From Flectonema sp. DT1601 (Eukaryota), in contig OZ025792.1 of the NCBI GenBank assembly GCA_964019425.1, forward strand, positions 434,001-498,000: DNA of 64,000 nt. Direction: 5' to 3'. This document shows positions 62,501 to 64,000 of the stretch, in pieces. Position numbers and translations under genes: made by a program. Positions within the stretch are counted from its first letter, which is position 1. The number at the start of each line of letters is the position of its first letter. Below the pieces are notes generated by a model. The model worked only from the letters and a program-made list of their open reading frames with translations. It had not been told where the DNA came from and made no database searches.

Positions 62501-64000
62501 CGCAAAAGCACGACGGCGGCTATATTAATTATGTTACAATAAATATATAAACAAAAAATAAAAAAAAAAAAACTGATTAAATAAAAACTGTTTTGTTTAA
62601 AGAAGTAGCAGAAAATAATTTTCTCACGAAGTTACTGTATTTACCATGTGATTTCAGACTGCTACAAACGAAATACCATTTCAATGACTACCAACACACA
62701 AATATTTATTAGTAGCGCTACAGTGGGGAGATTCTTTTTGAAGGGAAATTGTAAGGGGAGAGAAAAAAGTAAAGGACCAGCTGGCGGACATCCAGTGCAA
62801 TACATGCATAAAGCCAGTGATAAAAAGAAATAATAATTGAAAAAACACGTTCAGAGGGTTTTTTTTTTTTTTTTTTTTTTTCCTTAATTTTCTTATTTAA
62901 GTATGCGGTCAAGCAAACTTGACAATTTCAAAAATAAATAAAGATAAGAATTTTTTTTAAAAAAAAAAAGAAAAAATCCCTCGCTGAGAAGTTTTTTTTC
63001 ACTGAACACTACGACAGAGGATTTGCTTTTTTTTTTGATAAAATGCGAACATCGTAAATCAGAAACGGACAATTCCCTCACTTTTTATCAAAACATTTCA
63101 TTGAGAATTGTAGATGGTGGCCATGATTTTAGAGCCCTCTCGGTGACCATTCACAATTTCCTAAATCCTAAATCCATCTTATATGATGACTTGTTTTCCG
63201 CGACTAGCGGGAACCAAGTCGCATCACTTTATTTTGTTGGTTACTTTCTGATTTCACTTTGCCTTACAAAGGGAGCATTTTGCAGCTTTGCCATTGTAAG
63301 AAAAAAAGTTTTTCTTTCACTTCTTTGTTGTGTCTTTTCGACATGGGTAAAAAAACTTGGTAAATTGATATAGAAAATAACTTGAATCTGGCTAAACTAA
63401 ACAAGATTGGCCCAAGTTTGGTTGCTATGCAAAAAGACCACTAGTTGGAATCGATAATCCAAACGCTGTCCGAACAGGGATTTGGGGACCACGTACTGCA
63501 GGTTGAGCGCGCGCTCCATGCCCTGCAGGTCGTTACAGTTTTTTTTTTTTAAATATAATTATCTATTTGCAAACGAAGGGGGGGTGGGGAATGGGGAAAA
63601 GAAAAACATAGGAGACCGACCAGAACACGTAGGAAATATATTTCTTTTTTTTTTTTTTTTTTTTTTTTTAGTTTATTTTAGTTGCGAGACAGTTGTACAA
63701 ATAATTTCTATTTTATTTTATTTTTCTATTTTTCCAGTTGCTATCTTCTCATCTCGGTTGCCGCACAAATGTAAACCGCAACTGTAAGGGACTAATTTAT
63801 TTATAATATTATATGGAAAAACAATTGATACCAGTTGAACATAAAAAGATTTCGAAAACCTTTTGTGTTGGAATCAGAGTTTTCCCTTTATCATTATTAT
63901 TATTTTTTTCCTGATATTATTTTACATTTTTTTTTTTTTGTTGTGAAACCAAAACCAATTGATCAGAATCTGGAGTTATTAAGAGAACAAAATAATTTTT

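Overview
Eukaryotic, AT-rich window, most likely euglenozoan and diplonemid-like. This is an inference from three things: every supported host gene is on the minus strand (polycistronic layout), the introns are short GT-AG, and there are single-hairpin AGA-box RNAs. Contents left to right: (1) a >3,358-aa intronless RNF213/mysterin-like multi-AAA+ protein with an NHL-type propeller, which the ORF track missed because it runs off the left edge; (2) about 5 kb of low-complexity non-coding DNA; (3) a PTB/hnRNP-L-like RRM+SAM gene; (4) five tandem BiP/GRP78 genes (4 exons, 664 aa, SDEL), whose first intron carries a variable-number 202-bp array that looks like AGA-box pseudouridylation-guide snoRNAs, with a decayed pogo-like transposon in one spacer; (5) a ~430-bp repeated candidate C/D snoRNA cluster present at two loci; (6) adaptin mu-like, NPL4-like and PPEF-like genes; (7) two myosins with CUE/SAM/UBA tails; (8) five RPS9 copies; (9) an ENT-domain gene. 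Exon boundaries and RNA folds were derived by hand, and rRNA target sequences and numbering are recalled from memory and need checking.
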